This document shows positions 36,380 to 48,474 of a DNA stretch of 48,474 nt, piece by piece. The notes below the pieces were generated by a model, which was not told the origin of the DNA, did not search any database, and worked only from the letters and a program-made list of their open reading frames with translations. The stretch spans positions 27,374,799 to 27,423,272 of the forward strand of contig NC_068984.1 of the NCBI RefSeq assembly GCF_001194135.2, in the 5' to 3' direction. Numbering within the stretch: the stretch's first letter is position 1; each line of letters begins with the position of its first letter. A program made the position numbers and the translations under genes. Source of the stretch: Octopus bimaculoides. Its lineage: Eukaryota.

Positions 36380-38363
36380 AATCAGGGCATAACACAGCAA
36401 TACAAGAAAAGAACACAGAAAAAAGAAACAGACCAACATCTGTATGGATATTAAACCAGTTGGTTATGCCAGTCATGCAGTTTAATATATTAATATCTAT
36501 CCAGTTATCTACATGAAACAATGGCATAGGTTTAATGATATAGTTATTAAGATATAAACGCACACACATATATATATACACTCATATAACTTAGAAGGAT
36601 AGTGCCTCATGCCTTTGCAGACTAACTGTGACTGCTGTGATCAATATGGTCTATGAACAGCTTGAAAAACTTTCACTCCAACGATGTCTCAGTTTATCTG
36701 ACTTTCTTTTCCTTCTTTGTTTTGAAAGTTAGTAATGTTATAAAAGTCCGCTCTCTTATCCATTGTTGCTGTTTCTCATAGAATTATTTTGTTGACTTCT
36801 ATTGAGGAGTAAATCATCACAAAAAAGAATAAAGGACAGTGAAAATGATAAATTAAATGAGAAACATTTCTTATAAATATATACGTTTTAGTAGTTTCAG
36901 TCAGAAAATGAGGGGCACTTGAGGCATTGGTGCAGCATAGTATCCAAATGTACCACAAATTTTTAAACATATAATCTAAGTTGTTTATGTCAAGCATTTG
37001 GAAATTTTGAGAGATATGAAATAATTTGATTCTAAGTGTGGAACTCAAAGTAGATAAAACTATAAATAACATCATGTAAATATTGGGTAAAAAAATCCTT
37101 CAGCTTGAAAAAGTTGGTGGTTGCCTATGGTACTTGAACCCACATTTTCAGTAAACATGACAGACTTTCTACCATTGGACCAAAGTAATATTTTGAATTT
37201 GTGTGTCCATTTTAGAAACTTCATTCTTATCAGTAAAGAATTGTTTACTGTTTGATAATAAAAATTTAGACACTTCCAATGAATTTACAGGAGATGTGAC
37301 TTTGAGTCCCATGTGTGACCTTTGACATTTTCTATCCAAAAGCTTTTCAACCTAATATCTTCATGCTTTTATTTATAGGTTTATCTACTCCAGGTTCTAT
37401 CACTAAAACCAGACTACATAGTTTAAGGTTTTAGAAAATCCATGTCAATACTTCATTGTCATAAAAAAAGGTGTTATTCATAATATTGGTATGAATAACT
37501 ACAAAGTAAGAAGTAGTTTTCTATATTTCTATTTTAAATCTTTAAAGCATTTTTTTTATTTTTACAAGTTTCCATGTGAAGTAAGCCAGTAATTTTGTAT
37601 TTGACTTCTAGTACATCATAAAGTAAAAAAAAACGAAAAAAAAGAAAAAAAACAAACCTTAAAAATCTCTCTACTATTGAGCAGCCCAAGGGATAGGAAA
37701 AATGCAAGAGTGATAATTTTCCAATGGTTGCATAAATTGTAATATCATACTGGTGAAAGAGTGCATGCTTTTTTGGTAGCAGTAAAAGAACAGAAGAATA
37801 AAAGCATGCCAACATTTTTTTAAATTATGAATTTTACAGTTCAGCATTACTGGAACCTGATGTATTGTTTTGAAGAAACATGTCTTGGAGAAGTGTTCCT
37901 AGAAAACTTTCCAGATACGTTCACTCATTAGTTTCTTTATTCTTTAAATTCTATATTTTATTTAATTTCAGCAAGAATAATAAATATCCATTCTCTTTTT
38001 TTTTCGTTTTACAATATGAATATTTTTTTCTAGATGATATTTTTAAATGTTGATATTTGCCTTAGTCAAGTGCAAAATAGAAATTGTTGTGAATTTTCAC
38101 TCAAGAATACATTTGCACAAGTAAGATAAATGTGACTTTACTTAGAAAGCAAATTGTGATGTTGGAGGTTGAACTGAAAATTTTGTTTATAACTTTCAAT
38201 CATAAAATGTAACTTGCTTAGATTTTAATAAATTTATTAATAATGGGGGAAAAAGGTAAAAAAGAAACTCCACTTTTCACCAATATCAGTTATTTACAAG
38301 CCAACTGACTATTCATTTAATTTCTTTTTTCAAACTGCGAGTATGTGCATATATATATTATAT

Positions 38364-38365
<2 letters not shown>

Positions 38366-38431
<66 letters not shown>

Positions 38432-38446
38432 NNNNNNNNNNAGAGA

Positions 38447-38495
<49 letters not shown>

Positions 38496-38500
38496 ACACA
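38366..38500. repeat. (CA)n microsatellite spanning a 10-N gap
   Basis: Direct reading. Confidence 0.97.
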
Positions 38501-40278
38501 CACTCGTGCACGAGCATGCATATTTATGTATGCATGTATGGAATATATGAATGGATGTAGGTATGCTGCATGTGTTTATTTCTTTTAAAAGAAATAAAGA
38601 ATCTAATTTAATACTGGGTTAATTTCAGACAACAAAAATTACACCTCAATGCAAGAATATTATATATAGATGTGTGTGTATATATATATTCATATATATA
38701 TATACACACATTCATACATATGAACACACATACAACTTACATATATAGTTAGATATAATATTCCAAAACACTTCAATTTATTTACTTATTTTTTTTTGTT
38801 TTTTAAACAAGAATTTATTGCAAAAGAAATTATTCTCATTCATTTTCTGCTGTACACAGTTTTGTTTTGGATTCTTTTATTGTTTACATTATGAATATTT
38901 TTACATTTTTGTGAAGGTATATATTAAAAGGAATTTATTAAAAGAAATTTAATTCAAAATCTATTATACATTTTTCTTCTTTTTTAATAATAGAACATTT
39001 AAACTGATTTTGAATAGAAGCCAAATAGCATTCTATATTAGAGAATGCTGTAACTTACTATTTCTCTATTATTTAACTAATTAAATGAAAGGTTAAACGT
39101 AGCTAACATTCCCTAGAAGACTACCTTTAGTGACATTTTCTGTCGCTCATAAAAAAGTTAATGAAATCAACATGTAATATTGTTTTAAAAGCTGCAAATT
39201 GTTTTCAATTTTAGCCAAAAATGAATTCAAATGAATTCAAATATTTTATATTGGAAATATAATTTAGCATAGAAACAGCAGAAAGCTGTAACTAAAATTA
39301 TGATAGAACAGAATCTATATAAAAGCAAAAATAATGGTAATCTGAACCAACTTAGAACATGTTGTGAAGGACAAACAAGAATGTAACGATAGTATATTGA
39401 AGGCAAACTTAATTAAACATAACAATTTATTTTTAGTTTTATGAATGATAAAGATGGGTGATGATTGTTACTGTGTCAGTCTGTTCATTCTTCATAAGCA
39501 TAACAATCCAATATAACTTTCTCATTTTAATACTATAAAGAGTCATTTAAAAGAAACCTATGTGTTCATGATACCAGTCACTCTTGTTGGACTGGAAGGG
39601 TATTGGTAGTGTCAAAAATCCCTTATGGCCATGGAGAATAGAGGATTTTCATGCCATTGATAGGATAAATACAAAACAGCGAAGTTGGGTGTTTGTGTAT
39701 TTTACTAAGCAGATAGCGCAGATACTTTAACGGAGAATATACAGAGGTTGCAAGATAGCTTTTATTACTATAATCAATTACATTGATTGTTAGAGTAATA
39801 CACAGGTTATTACAGTAACTGTCTGAGAAAGAGTGAGAAAAGGATATAGCAAACATATGATGTGAAGATGTTTAGGAAAAGGTATCTTATCTATCTGGTA
39901 GATTGAATAGGAAGTAAAATTACTTATGGATGCCCTCTGTATGATAAATATATAGTTAATCTGTGCTAAGATATTCAAGGAAAATTATTAATAAGAAAAT
40001 TTTACTCACTTCTTAACAATGTTAGTATCTACCTAATTATCTCATAGTCTCAGATTTCATCTGGAAAGATATTCAAAAACGAAGTAAATGTTGATGTCAA
40101 AAATGAGTTTAAATCTTTGTGATGCTTTCATGGGAAATCATTGGTGAAGTCTCTTGTGTGAATCAAACAATTCCATTAGAATGTATATCAACATACTCAG
40201 TGTCATCAGTAAAATACGTAGAAGTAGTGAAAGTGAACCATACCTCATGAACTGGGCCCATGTGAATTGTTCTAATAA

Positions 40279-42330
40279 CACTGGACAACAGTTTTTAATT
40301 CTTGAAATTTTATCAATTCTTAATGTGTATCAATAAAATAATATACTAAGCAAAATTTGCTTATCATTTAAACTGAAACATGCAACATACACTTAATTAA
40401 TTCATTTATAACTAATTTTATTCTTATTTTTATATCATAAATTCAGTTGAAACATATTATTGAAGAATCATCATCATCATCATCATCATAATTGTCGTTT
40501 AACGTTCGCTTTCCATGCTAACATGGGTTGGATGATTTGACTGAGGACTGGTGAAACCAGATGGCTACACCAGGCTCCAATCTGATTTGGCAGAGTTTCT
40601 ACAGCTGGATGCCCTTCCTAACGCCAACCGCTCTGGGAGTGTAGTGGGTGCTTTTACATGTCACTGGCACGAAGGCCAGTCAGATGGTACTGGCAACGAC
40701 CACATTTAAAATGGTGTATTTTACGTGCCACCTGCACATTATTGAAGAATATATTAGATAAATTTATATGTGTTGTAAATTTGATTTTCTCTTACAAACG
40801 TGGTGTTGGCTGTTGTGATATTACATGAAACCAATGTCAGCCTTCATGTTTTCATTCCTATATTCTTGGTATCTCATTTCCATTGTAGGAAATTCTTTGT
40901 TTACCACATCAAGATTCTCTGGTAAAGTATCTAAATGAGAATGCAAGAAATAAATTTTTAGTGATATCTAATGATCCACTTTACCAAAGGCTTTAAAGAG
41001 TTCTTCGTAGTCATCTCTCTTTACAGAGGACGCATTATTTCTCATAAAACTTGTGCATAAGCATTTAAAAGCTTGTTGAGCTTTAAATTTCAATAGCTTG
41101 ATGATTTGTTTGAGTTTTTAAAGCTTCCCTGATTTGCAGCTCCACAAAAATATCCTCCTTTAATTTTCATACATTGGGAAAGGGTTTTATTTTAAATGGA
41201 AATAATGAAATCATTTTTAATTGCCTTCACCTTATTACTTACACCTAATTTTTAATAACACCAAGTTTGATATAAAGAAGTAATAGAACTATGTTCTTGG
41301 GATTAACTAAAGGGACACATTGGTGCCTGCTCATTCTTGAAACATGTTGAACTTTGCTGCTTGTCATGTGTTGTAGCAGCACAACTGATTCTAAATGGAA
41401 AAAAGAAACTGCAGTCCACTGTAAATGCTGTTTCAATGCCAACAACATTGAATTATTTACAGAGATTTCATTGATGAAGAAGATATTGAATGTAATCAAG
41501 CTATACATCTGTGTTGTCAATTACATTTCTCTTTTAGATGGATAAAGTGGGCAATTTAAAGTGATTCATTTTATATCTTCATTATGCAGTAGAACATTTT
41601 TCAAGCTTCTTTCTGATGAATTGATGAAGAAATGTCAGACAGATTCTAGATAAACCTCAAAAACAATTTGTGAAGAATTTATCGATGTCATTGCAATAAC
41701 AGAATGGATAATTTATTGTAAAGCATGTTACCAAATTAAAATTGCAACTTTTAATAACAACTTACTTTCACATTATGATCAAAATTGCTCTTCAGCCTTG
41801 AGCCAATAAAACTGGTTTTTTTTTTTTTACTTTAGAGAGGAAAGTCTCTAACAAGGTCATTTAAAATTCTTGAGTAAGTAACTTTGACTTCAAAGTTTAA
41901 TCAGCTATGTACCACATTTCCAATTGACCATTATAGAAATCCAATTGGTCATTATCCAACTTCCAGCTCATCATTATAAATGCTAATCCATCATTTTGTA
42001 GGTAAGTTAGACTGGCTTCCTTGTTGAATTACACATTTGGATAAATAATCTTGTGTTTGTTCTTTATAGAATATCTAATTTTGTAAACTCTGAAAAAAAA
42101 AAGCAATGACTATGAAGACCACTTTCTTTTGTGCTCATTTAATAATGAACAAGCAAAATAGATCTTAATGTGGTGCCTACTGCTTGTCTTAGTGATTTAT
42201 ATGACAACCAAAGTATAGTTTCACAAGAACTATCATGATAGTTCATCATTGTATATTATTTGTAAAGGTAAAGCGATTGGATCATTTTACATTCATGATG
42301 CATGCTGCTTGAATTACAATGATTTAAACA
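40279..42330 (-). mobile_element. Chapaev3-like (CMC superfamily) DNA transposon relic
   Basis: Minus-strand remnants in the expected order: LYFGCHINH*DKQ*APH, PLVNPKNIVLLLLYIKLGVIKN, KLKEDIFVELQIRE, SLKIYFLHSHLDTLPENLDVV...MEMRYQ. The 3' terminus reads TAA-CACTGGACAACAG at 40276-40291. The 5' TIR was not identified. The family name is from recalled motifs. Confidence 0.75.
40469..40737 (-). mobile_element. (GAT)n-tailed SINE-like insertion with a 13-bp TSD
   Basis: ATTATTGAAGAAT flanks both ends (40456-40468 and 40738-40750). The body is the reverse complement of the tail family seen at 25418. Confidence 0.9.
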
Positions 42331-43199
42331 AATATTCTGAAAGATGTAAAATATTTGCCATGTAACTATAACAAAAAATACACACGGTCTCTCTAGAGAC
42401 AATGAAGATAATAATTTCTTCATAATATGAGGCAGGATTAGAAATTAGAATTAAAGAATTACAAAGAAAAATATTAATTTTTAATTTCTAATATTTTTTG
42501 TTTACTTATGAAGTATATAGTTGGTGGTAATGATGCAGGGTACTATTTCACTTACTTTAAAAATTCTCTGTATGATAAACCAGTTACTTATTTTTAAACA
42601 TTATTTTTTGAAGTGAGACATTTCATTAAAGATGAAAATAATTACAAACAAGAGGCAATTCATGGAATGTATTTTTGTTCTTTTCTTCATAGAACATTGG
42701 TGGTTTGGGAACCGAGAGAAAAGAGAGAATGTTCTTAGTATTATATATAGAATAATAGCCATCTCCAGAGGAATTCTACCTTGTGTTATCATAGTCAAAT
42801 GTCTTGTAGTAGCCAATAACTACTGTTTCAGCTACAACATCCACACAAACCATTTTCTGATATAGTCTTTGATGTACAGACAATTGTCTTAAGCTGTTAT
42901 TTCTTATTAGTTATCCATCTCATTTCAAAGAAAACCTATACATCCTACTAAAAACAGTCTCGAAATTAACTTCAGTAATTGTTTCTGGTCCATGCAAACT
43001 AATCTTCAATACAAATCCTTTGTTGACCAGTAACTGGATCATTACTGTAGCCTTCAAACATGCATTACTATATTAAATGATAATCCAGAATACGAAAATA
43101 GGTATTGAGAGTAACTAGATTTTCCCATTCAATCCTTCTATATACTTTTTACTAATCAAAATTTATCAGTGACTTGTTGAACCTGGATCAAGACCCAAA

Positions 43200-43700
43200 A
43201 GTAATTCTGTCATTCTTTGGAATCGTCTATAATACAGTATCTTTCAACAGATCTAAATTTCATTTTGTCTTCTCTCTTTGATCAAATATCTTTTATATTC
43301 CAAGTCTTTCTCATTCTACCTCTTCTATGCATGCTTTCTATTATCTACTCATCCTACATTTTTACCCACTCTGAATCGTCCATTCATGTTATATGTTCAT
43401 ACTAGTTATCTATTTATGTCTTTAATGCATATTTATTTTTCTCAAAGCAATTGTCTTCAGCATATCTGGTCAGTTATTCAATGGATGTTCAAAGAGCTCT
43501 ATTCAGTTCACTCTACCTTAACCATTATAAATGTTCTACATTCACAGTTCACATTTAACAACATTCAGTATGTGGTGTTGCATTTCTTACACATGCTTCA
43601 TAAAGTTAGTGAGCTTTTGATGAGTGAGGATCTTTTTGTTGTCCACAAAATCATCTACAGCTGCAGCAACAAAATGACAACAATAATGGCTAATAGTTTC
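43200..43700 (-). mobile_element. Highly decayed LINE (RTE-like) post-RT region
   Basis: One frame with many stops reads KLTNFMKHV*EMQHHILNV...IALRKINMH*RH...HEWTIQSG*KCRMSR**KACIEEVE*ERLGI*...DQREK, loosely matching 'RRLRW.GH...EW...GKR.RGRP.K.W.E.V..D...LGI'. Pattern match by eye only. Confidence 0.35.
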
Positions 43701-45329
43701 TTTATTGTGACAAGGGCAGCACAGGTAAAAACTTTATGATAAAGTACAATTAGTACAATACAACACTGTAGAAACGAACAAAGAGATTTACACCCCCACA
43801 CCCACACATATATGAATAAAAGTAGAGATTCACAAAAATACAGCTTATATAATATAAATGTAATTCAATAAGTAAAATAGGATCCTTAAAGAAGCAGCTA
43901 ATCAGTATGGTGATGCTCTAAAGCGTTTCTACTTGGAACAAATCATAAACTCTCTTCATCTTCTAGGGAAAAGTGAAACCTACTTCTACATGGATACTAT
44001 TTTCCAGTTACCATGCCAAGTCTTAAGAAATTTTATGGGTAGCATGGTCAGGTGAAAGATATCTCGATGTTGTTTAGAATCCTAGACTCAGAAAAGTTTT
44101 GCCATATTTTCATCTTATGCATCTCCTAGATAAAATATAATTTGATCTGATAATTTATACACTGAAGAATGATTTTAAAGTTATTTATATACACAAATTC
44201 CATAGATCATAGTAACATAACAACAGAAGTAATTATTCAACTCTTTAGTCAATATTTCAAGAAGGAAACCCTTGGAACAAATAAACTTACTAAACATTTA
44301 GCGCAAATATCTAACAAGAGCAAATCACCGAGACAGCTTTGACTTGTGAGAAATTAAACTCCAATTTTCCTCTAATGGTACCTTACCATCTTAAAAATAG
44401 AGGGACATGTCATATAATGTAATCCTAAATCTAAAATGTCAGTGAAGACAGGATAGTTATAGGTGGAATACCTTTGATCAAAGTTCTGCTTCATCAAAGA
44501 GGTGACCAAAGGCTAAACAACATCAGCCACACTTTTGGCCGATGTAATCTGAGGTACCCTATGCCTAAAGAAAGATGATGAGAAGTAATGGCTGAAATGC
44601 CTCTATTCATCGACCTGCTCAGCAACAGCAACAGCATCAAAAGGGTATTCTCTTGGATAGAATGCCTTTGATCAGAGATCTGCTTGATTAGAGTTGATCT
44701 AACTCTAAGCAACAATAACAATGCTCAGTCAAACTGATACCATTATGGATAAACTAACTTTTATACATGGATTATTTTGTAGATTTTGAAAGGAATTATA
44801 ACCAGTTGGGCAATGTAATACAAAGTCAGGCTTTTGAAAAATATTTATGATATCATTGCTTAAAAACCTCTTTGGAGAGATGTAAATGTATAAAGATACT
44901 TAAAATATAGTTACATAACAATATTGAAAGTAATGGATTAGAAAAGCTTACAAATAAATTAACAAAAGGTATGGCAATATAAAATGAAAGACAAAATAAT
45001 ATAAGAATATTATTGGCACATTAAACTAATACTAGTACAGAACTTAACTCAAACAATAAATTAATAGGAAGTAATGTATTAGCGATACTCATAAAAAATT
45101 ATAGCTGGAATGAATTGGAAAATGAATAACATAATCATACTAGTCAACATAAAAAAGTAAATCTAGAACACACTAAAACATAAGCAAAAATAAATTAACT
45201 ACAGTTAGAGGTAGCAGAGGACTTTTATCATATTCTACAGCTACATAGGACACACTAACTCTAAATGAGACCTATTTTACATACAACTATAATATTTGGA
45301 GACAAGACTCCTTTTTAATTCAATAGATT

Positions 45330-45650
45330 AGCTGCCATAGTTTTGCCCTTCATCTCATTATTAAAAGATCTCAGGAGTCCCGCAAAGATTGCTGCCTCTA
45401 TATCACTTTCATTGACCTCAAGGTCGCATTCAACAGTGGTGACCATGCATCCATCTGGAAAATTCTCAAGTTCATTGACACACCCTCTGAGATCACTGTC
45501 TGTTTCAGTGACTCTATAGCAGTGCTAAGAGCTGCATGTGGGGGAATAGGAGAGACACCAACTAGTTCCTCATCAACAACAGATCAGACAAGGTTGTGTA
45601 GCTGCTCCCAACCTATTCATCTGTGTCATTGATTATCTGATGACCAAGAT
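45330..45650 (+). mobile_element. LINE (RTE-like) reverse transcriptase fragment
   Basis: Single frame LYITFIDLKVAFNSGDHASIWKILK...IRQGCVAAPNLFICVIDYLM, covering RT domains 3-4 (F.D...AFDS and RQGC...P.LF). Confidence 0.85.
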
Positions 45651-46019
45651 CTGTGAGTGAGTTTCTGGTATTACCTTCAGAAACTACCACCTCAAATAAT
45701 ACTCTCTCAACTTTAAGAAAATACCAAATATAGAAGGGAAAACTTATGATGAAGAACGCTTAACAAAAATATAAGCAGCAAACAAAAAATTGCAGGCAAA
45801 CTACAAGAACAAAAGAACATTAAAATCATAAGCATTATATAAGCAAATGTTTTGCACCTATACAAACAAACACAATAATAAAACTAAGCATGCATATCTA
45901 GAGAACACTCACTCACATAGGCCAATTAAGGACTATACAAATAAAAATATAAAGACTCTGCACGGTTTCCTTGTAAAAGCCTAAAATATATTTAAGATCC
46001 TATTGCTGACATTCAAAAC

Positions 46020-46440
46020 TGTACATGTGCTTCAGGGATAATGTACTGAACTGTAACTAATCTGCACATCCTCTGATAAATCGCAGATGGTGATTCAACA
46101 ATTTCCCCTCACAGGTGCATGCACATCTGAGATGTTTTTCTCAGTTTTGGTGGTTGCAGTTCTCCTAGAACCTTCGTCAATATCTACATCTTTTTCGACC
46201 GTCTTGGAAACGTCTGAACCCCTTGTACACTTGTGTGCAGCTCATATACACCACTCCATACACTTTCTGCAATTTTGTGTAGGCCACTGAGCAGGTATCA
46301 CCATGACAACTTTGTCTGTCATAGTCAATGCGACAATCATGCGCTACACACCTTCCTACCAAGCACTGCTATAAACAGCAGAAGTAAGCCAGAATGTTAT
46401 AAATTTGTGTGCATGCACATCAGAGTTCAAGGTCAATCTT
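46020..46440 (-). mobile_element. Mariner transposase N-terminal fragment
   Basis: TKLQKVYGVVYMSCTQVYKGFRRFQDGRK, then after a frameshift DVDIDEGSRRTATTKTEKNISDVHAPVR...ITICDLSEDVQISYSSV (two HTH motifs). Confidence 0.8.
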
Positions 46441-46597
46441 TGCAGAGCAGCTTCACTCTGCATGCTTTAGCTTCGTTACTATGGCAACAGTTCGTATTTT
46501 TATTGATCAGACCTTGTATGTGTATTTCAGGGTTTGTTTTTATGCTTAGTTATAATAAAAACAATTTTACACTAATCTGATAGAATACAAATTTATC

Positions 46598-46703
46598 ATT
46601 CTTAAATAAGAATTTTGTTGACAGTGACCTCGACGTTTCGTCAATGATGGCTTAGCTGGCCAAAACTTCAATGTCACTGTCAACAACATTCTTGTTTAAG
46701 AAT
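46598..46703. repeat. 106-bp fold-back with 31-bp arms and a hammerhead-like centre
   Basis: Arms 46598-46628 and 46673-46703 (2 mismatches). The minus-strand centre reads ATTGAAGT...GGC(CAGCTAA)GCC...GACGAAACGTC. Confidence 0.8.
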
Positions 46704-46708
46704 AATCT

Positions 46709-46811
46709 ATGTATGTATGTATGTATGTATGTATGTATGTATGTATGTATGTATGTATGTATGTATGCATGCATGCATGCATGTATCTATCTATCTATCT
46801 ATCTATCTATA

Positions 46812-46858
<47 letters not shown>

Positions 46859-46880
46859 ATATCTATCTATATACATATAT
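46709..46880. repeat. (TATG)n-(TGCA)n-(CTAT)n microsatellite
   Basis: Direct reading. Confidence 0.97.
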
Positions 46881-46974
46881 ATGTATACACTCACACGTGT
46901 GTGTGTGTATGTGAATGATTGTGAATGGACAAGGCAGCCATAAAAATTTTTGTATTCATTTGTATCACATAAGT

Positions 46975-47110
46975 GCTTTATTATTGTTGTTTTTGTTCTC
47001 ATCATTACTACTATTATTATCACTACTATTATTATTACTACTGCTGCTGTTGCTGCTGCTTCTGTTGTTGCTGCTGCTTCTGCTTCTGTTGTTGCTGCTG
47101 CTATTACTAC
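46975..47110. repeat. Degenerate (TTA)/(CTA)/(CTG)/(TTG) trinucleotide tract
   Basis: Direct reading. Source of the poly-L and poly-S/N ORFs. Confidence 0.95.
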
Positions 47111-47319
47111 TAAAATATGAATGGAAATGAATAGGAGAAAGATTTAAGAATAACACTAAGATATTAGCAACAAAAGCTTCTAAGCATACTGAGTCTGACA
47201 CAATTGAGCAAAACAAAAACTGAACTGTCTGAGAATCACGAAGGCTGAATGGTTGGATTTTTTTTTTTTCGTTGTTGCTTAAGGCAAAGCTTCCCAATCA
47301 GAAACTGCCAAAATAAACA

Positions 47320-47870
47320 TAATGAGTCTGATTAAAAAATATAACCACAAAATCTGTGCTGAACCTAAAAGAGGAAAGCAGGGAAATATGAAAGAGAAGA
47401 AATTGAACTTTGAAGGAGAGAAACTTCACTCAGTGCTTTACAATAACACAAAAGAGGGAAGAGATGATAAAGAGAAGTGGTTATGGCTAAAGAAAGGATT
47501 ATTCAATAAGGAGAGCAAGGGAATGATCTTAGCAGCACAGAAACAGATATTATTGGTAAACTGGATCAAGAGGATAATAGATCAGTAGGGCTGTATACAC
47601 AAATGTTGATGTGCAACGAGGTAGTTGAGACCATAGTTTATTTCATATAAGAATGACCTCTGAATGAATACAAGGAATGCAGGCATGATAAGATTCTTGT
47701 AATAATTCACTGGAATTTTTGTAAGAAATTTGGCCTTGTAGGTGCAGAAAGAAAGGCTGAAATTATTATGTGGAAATAGAAAAGCAAGGCCTTCAAAATG
47801 ATGTCTTGAAAAGTTGTTGTATACTTCATTCCTCACAGTAGGCCACAAGTTGTGGTTCGATAGGAAGTAA
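47320..47870 (+). mobile_element. RLE-type non-LTR retrotransposon C-terminal fragment (R4/Dong-like)
   Basis: EKLHSVLY...KWLWLKKGLFNKESKGMILAAQKQILLVNWIKRIIDQ, a decayed CCHC knuckle (KC*C...ETIVY), EYKECRHDKILVIIHWNFCKKFGL and HSRPQVVV (RPD.V-like). Confidence 0.8.
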
Positions 47871-48124
47871 ATAATTATGTCTCATTTGAGAACAATATAA
47901 ACAGTTTCAGGGGAGTGTGTAAGTCAATCACATCAACGCTAGTGTTTAAGCAGTACTTATTTTATTGACTCTGGAATGATGAAAGTCAAGGTTGACTATG
48001 ACAGAATTTTGAACTCAGAAAGTAAAAATGGATGAAATGCTGCTAAGCACTCTGCCCAGTGGGTTAACGATCTTGCGAGCCTACCACCTGAATAATAATA
48101 ATGATGATGATGATGATACTAATA

Positions 48125-48320
48125 ATCCTTTCTACTGAAAGCACAAGGCCCGAAATTTTCGGGAGAGGACTAGTCAATTCACTGGTACTTGATTTAACAA
48201 CCTTGAAAGGATGAAAGGCAAAGTCAACCTCGACAGAATTTGAACTCAGAATATAAAAACAGATGAAAATGCAGCTAAGCATTTGGCCCTGCTGATGGTT
48301 TTGCCAACTCACTGCCTTAA
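48125..48320 (+). mobile_element. Interspersed repeat, same family as 14285-14520
   Basis: CTTTCTACT.AAAGCACAAGGCCCGAAATTTT...GAAAGGATGAAAGGCAAAGTCAACCTCG...GAATTTGAACTCAGAA. Confidence 0.8.

Positions 48321-48474
<154 letters not shown>

Overview
Eukaryotic, AT-rich, repeat-saturated genomic DNA with many N gaps and no intact protein-coding gene that I can demonstrate. The repeat families and dense (TA)n/(CA)n/(CTAT)n/(GAT)n microsatellites look like an octopus (coleoid cephalopod) draft assembly; this taxon call is inferred from recalled repeat consensus sequences, not from a search. Almost every ORF in the supplied track is a microsatellite or N-run artefact. The real content is decayed mobile DNA. 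Tc1/mariner elements comprise three DD37D/maT deletion derivatives, a TIR-complete DD36E element, a DD34E element, another TIR-bounded deletion derivative, two mariner 5' fragments and a mariner built from two inverted 3' ends. There is also a hAT element with a perfect 8-bp TSD, a Chapaev3-like (CMC) transposase relic, a Ty3/Gypsy pol relic, RTE-type and RLE-type LINE fragments, a Naiad-like Penelope GIY-YIG relic and several SINE-like families. The most interesting signals are short hammerhead-ribozyme-like repeats with non-canonical cores anchored in (TA)n tracts, and about ten fold-back (inverted-repeat) structures, four of them clustered around the Penelope-like relic. One weak candidate first coding exon lies on the minus strand at about 27.4 kb.
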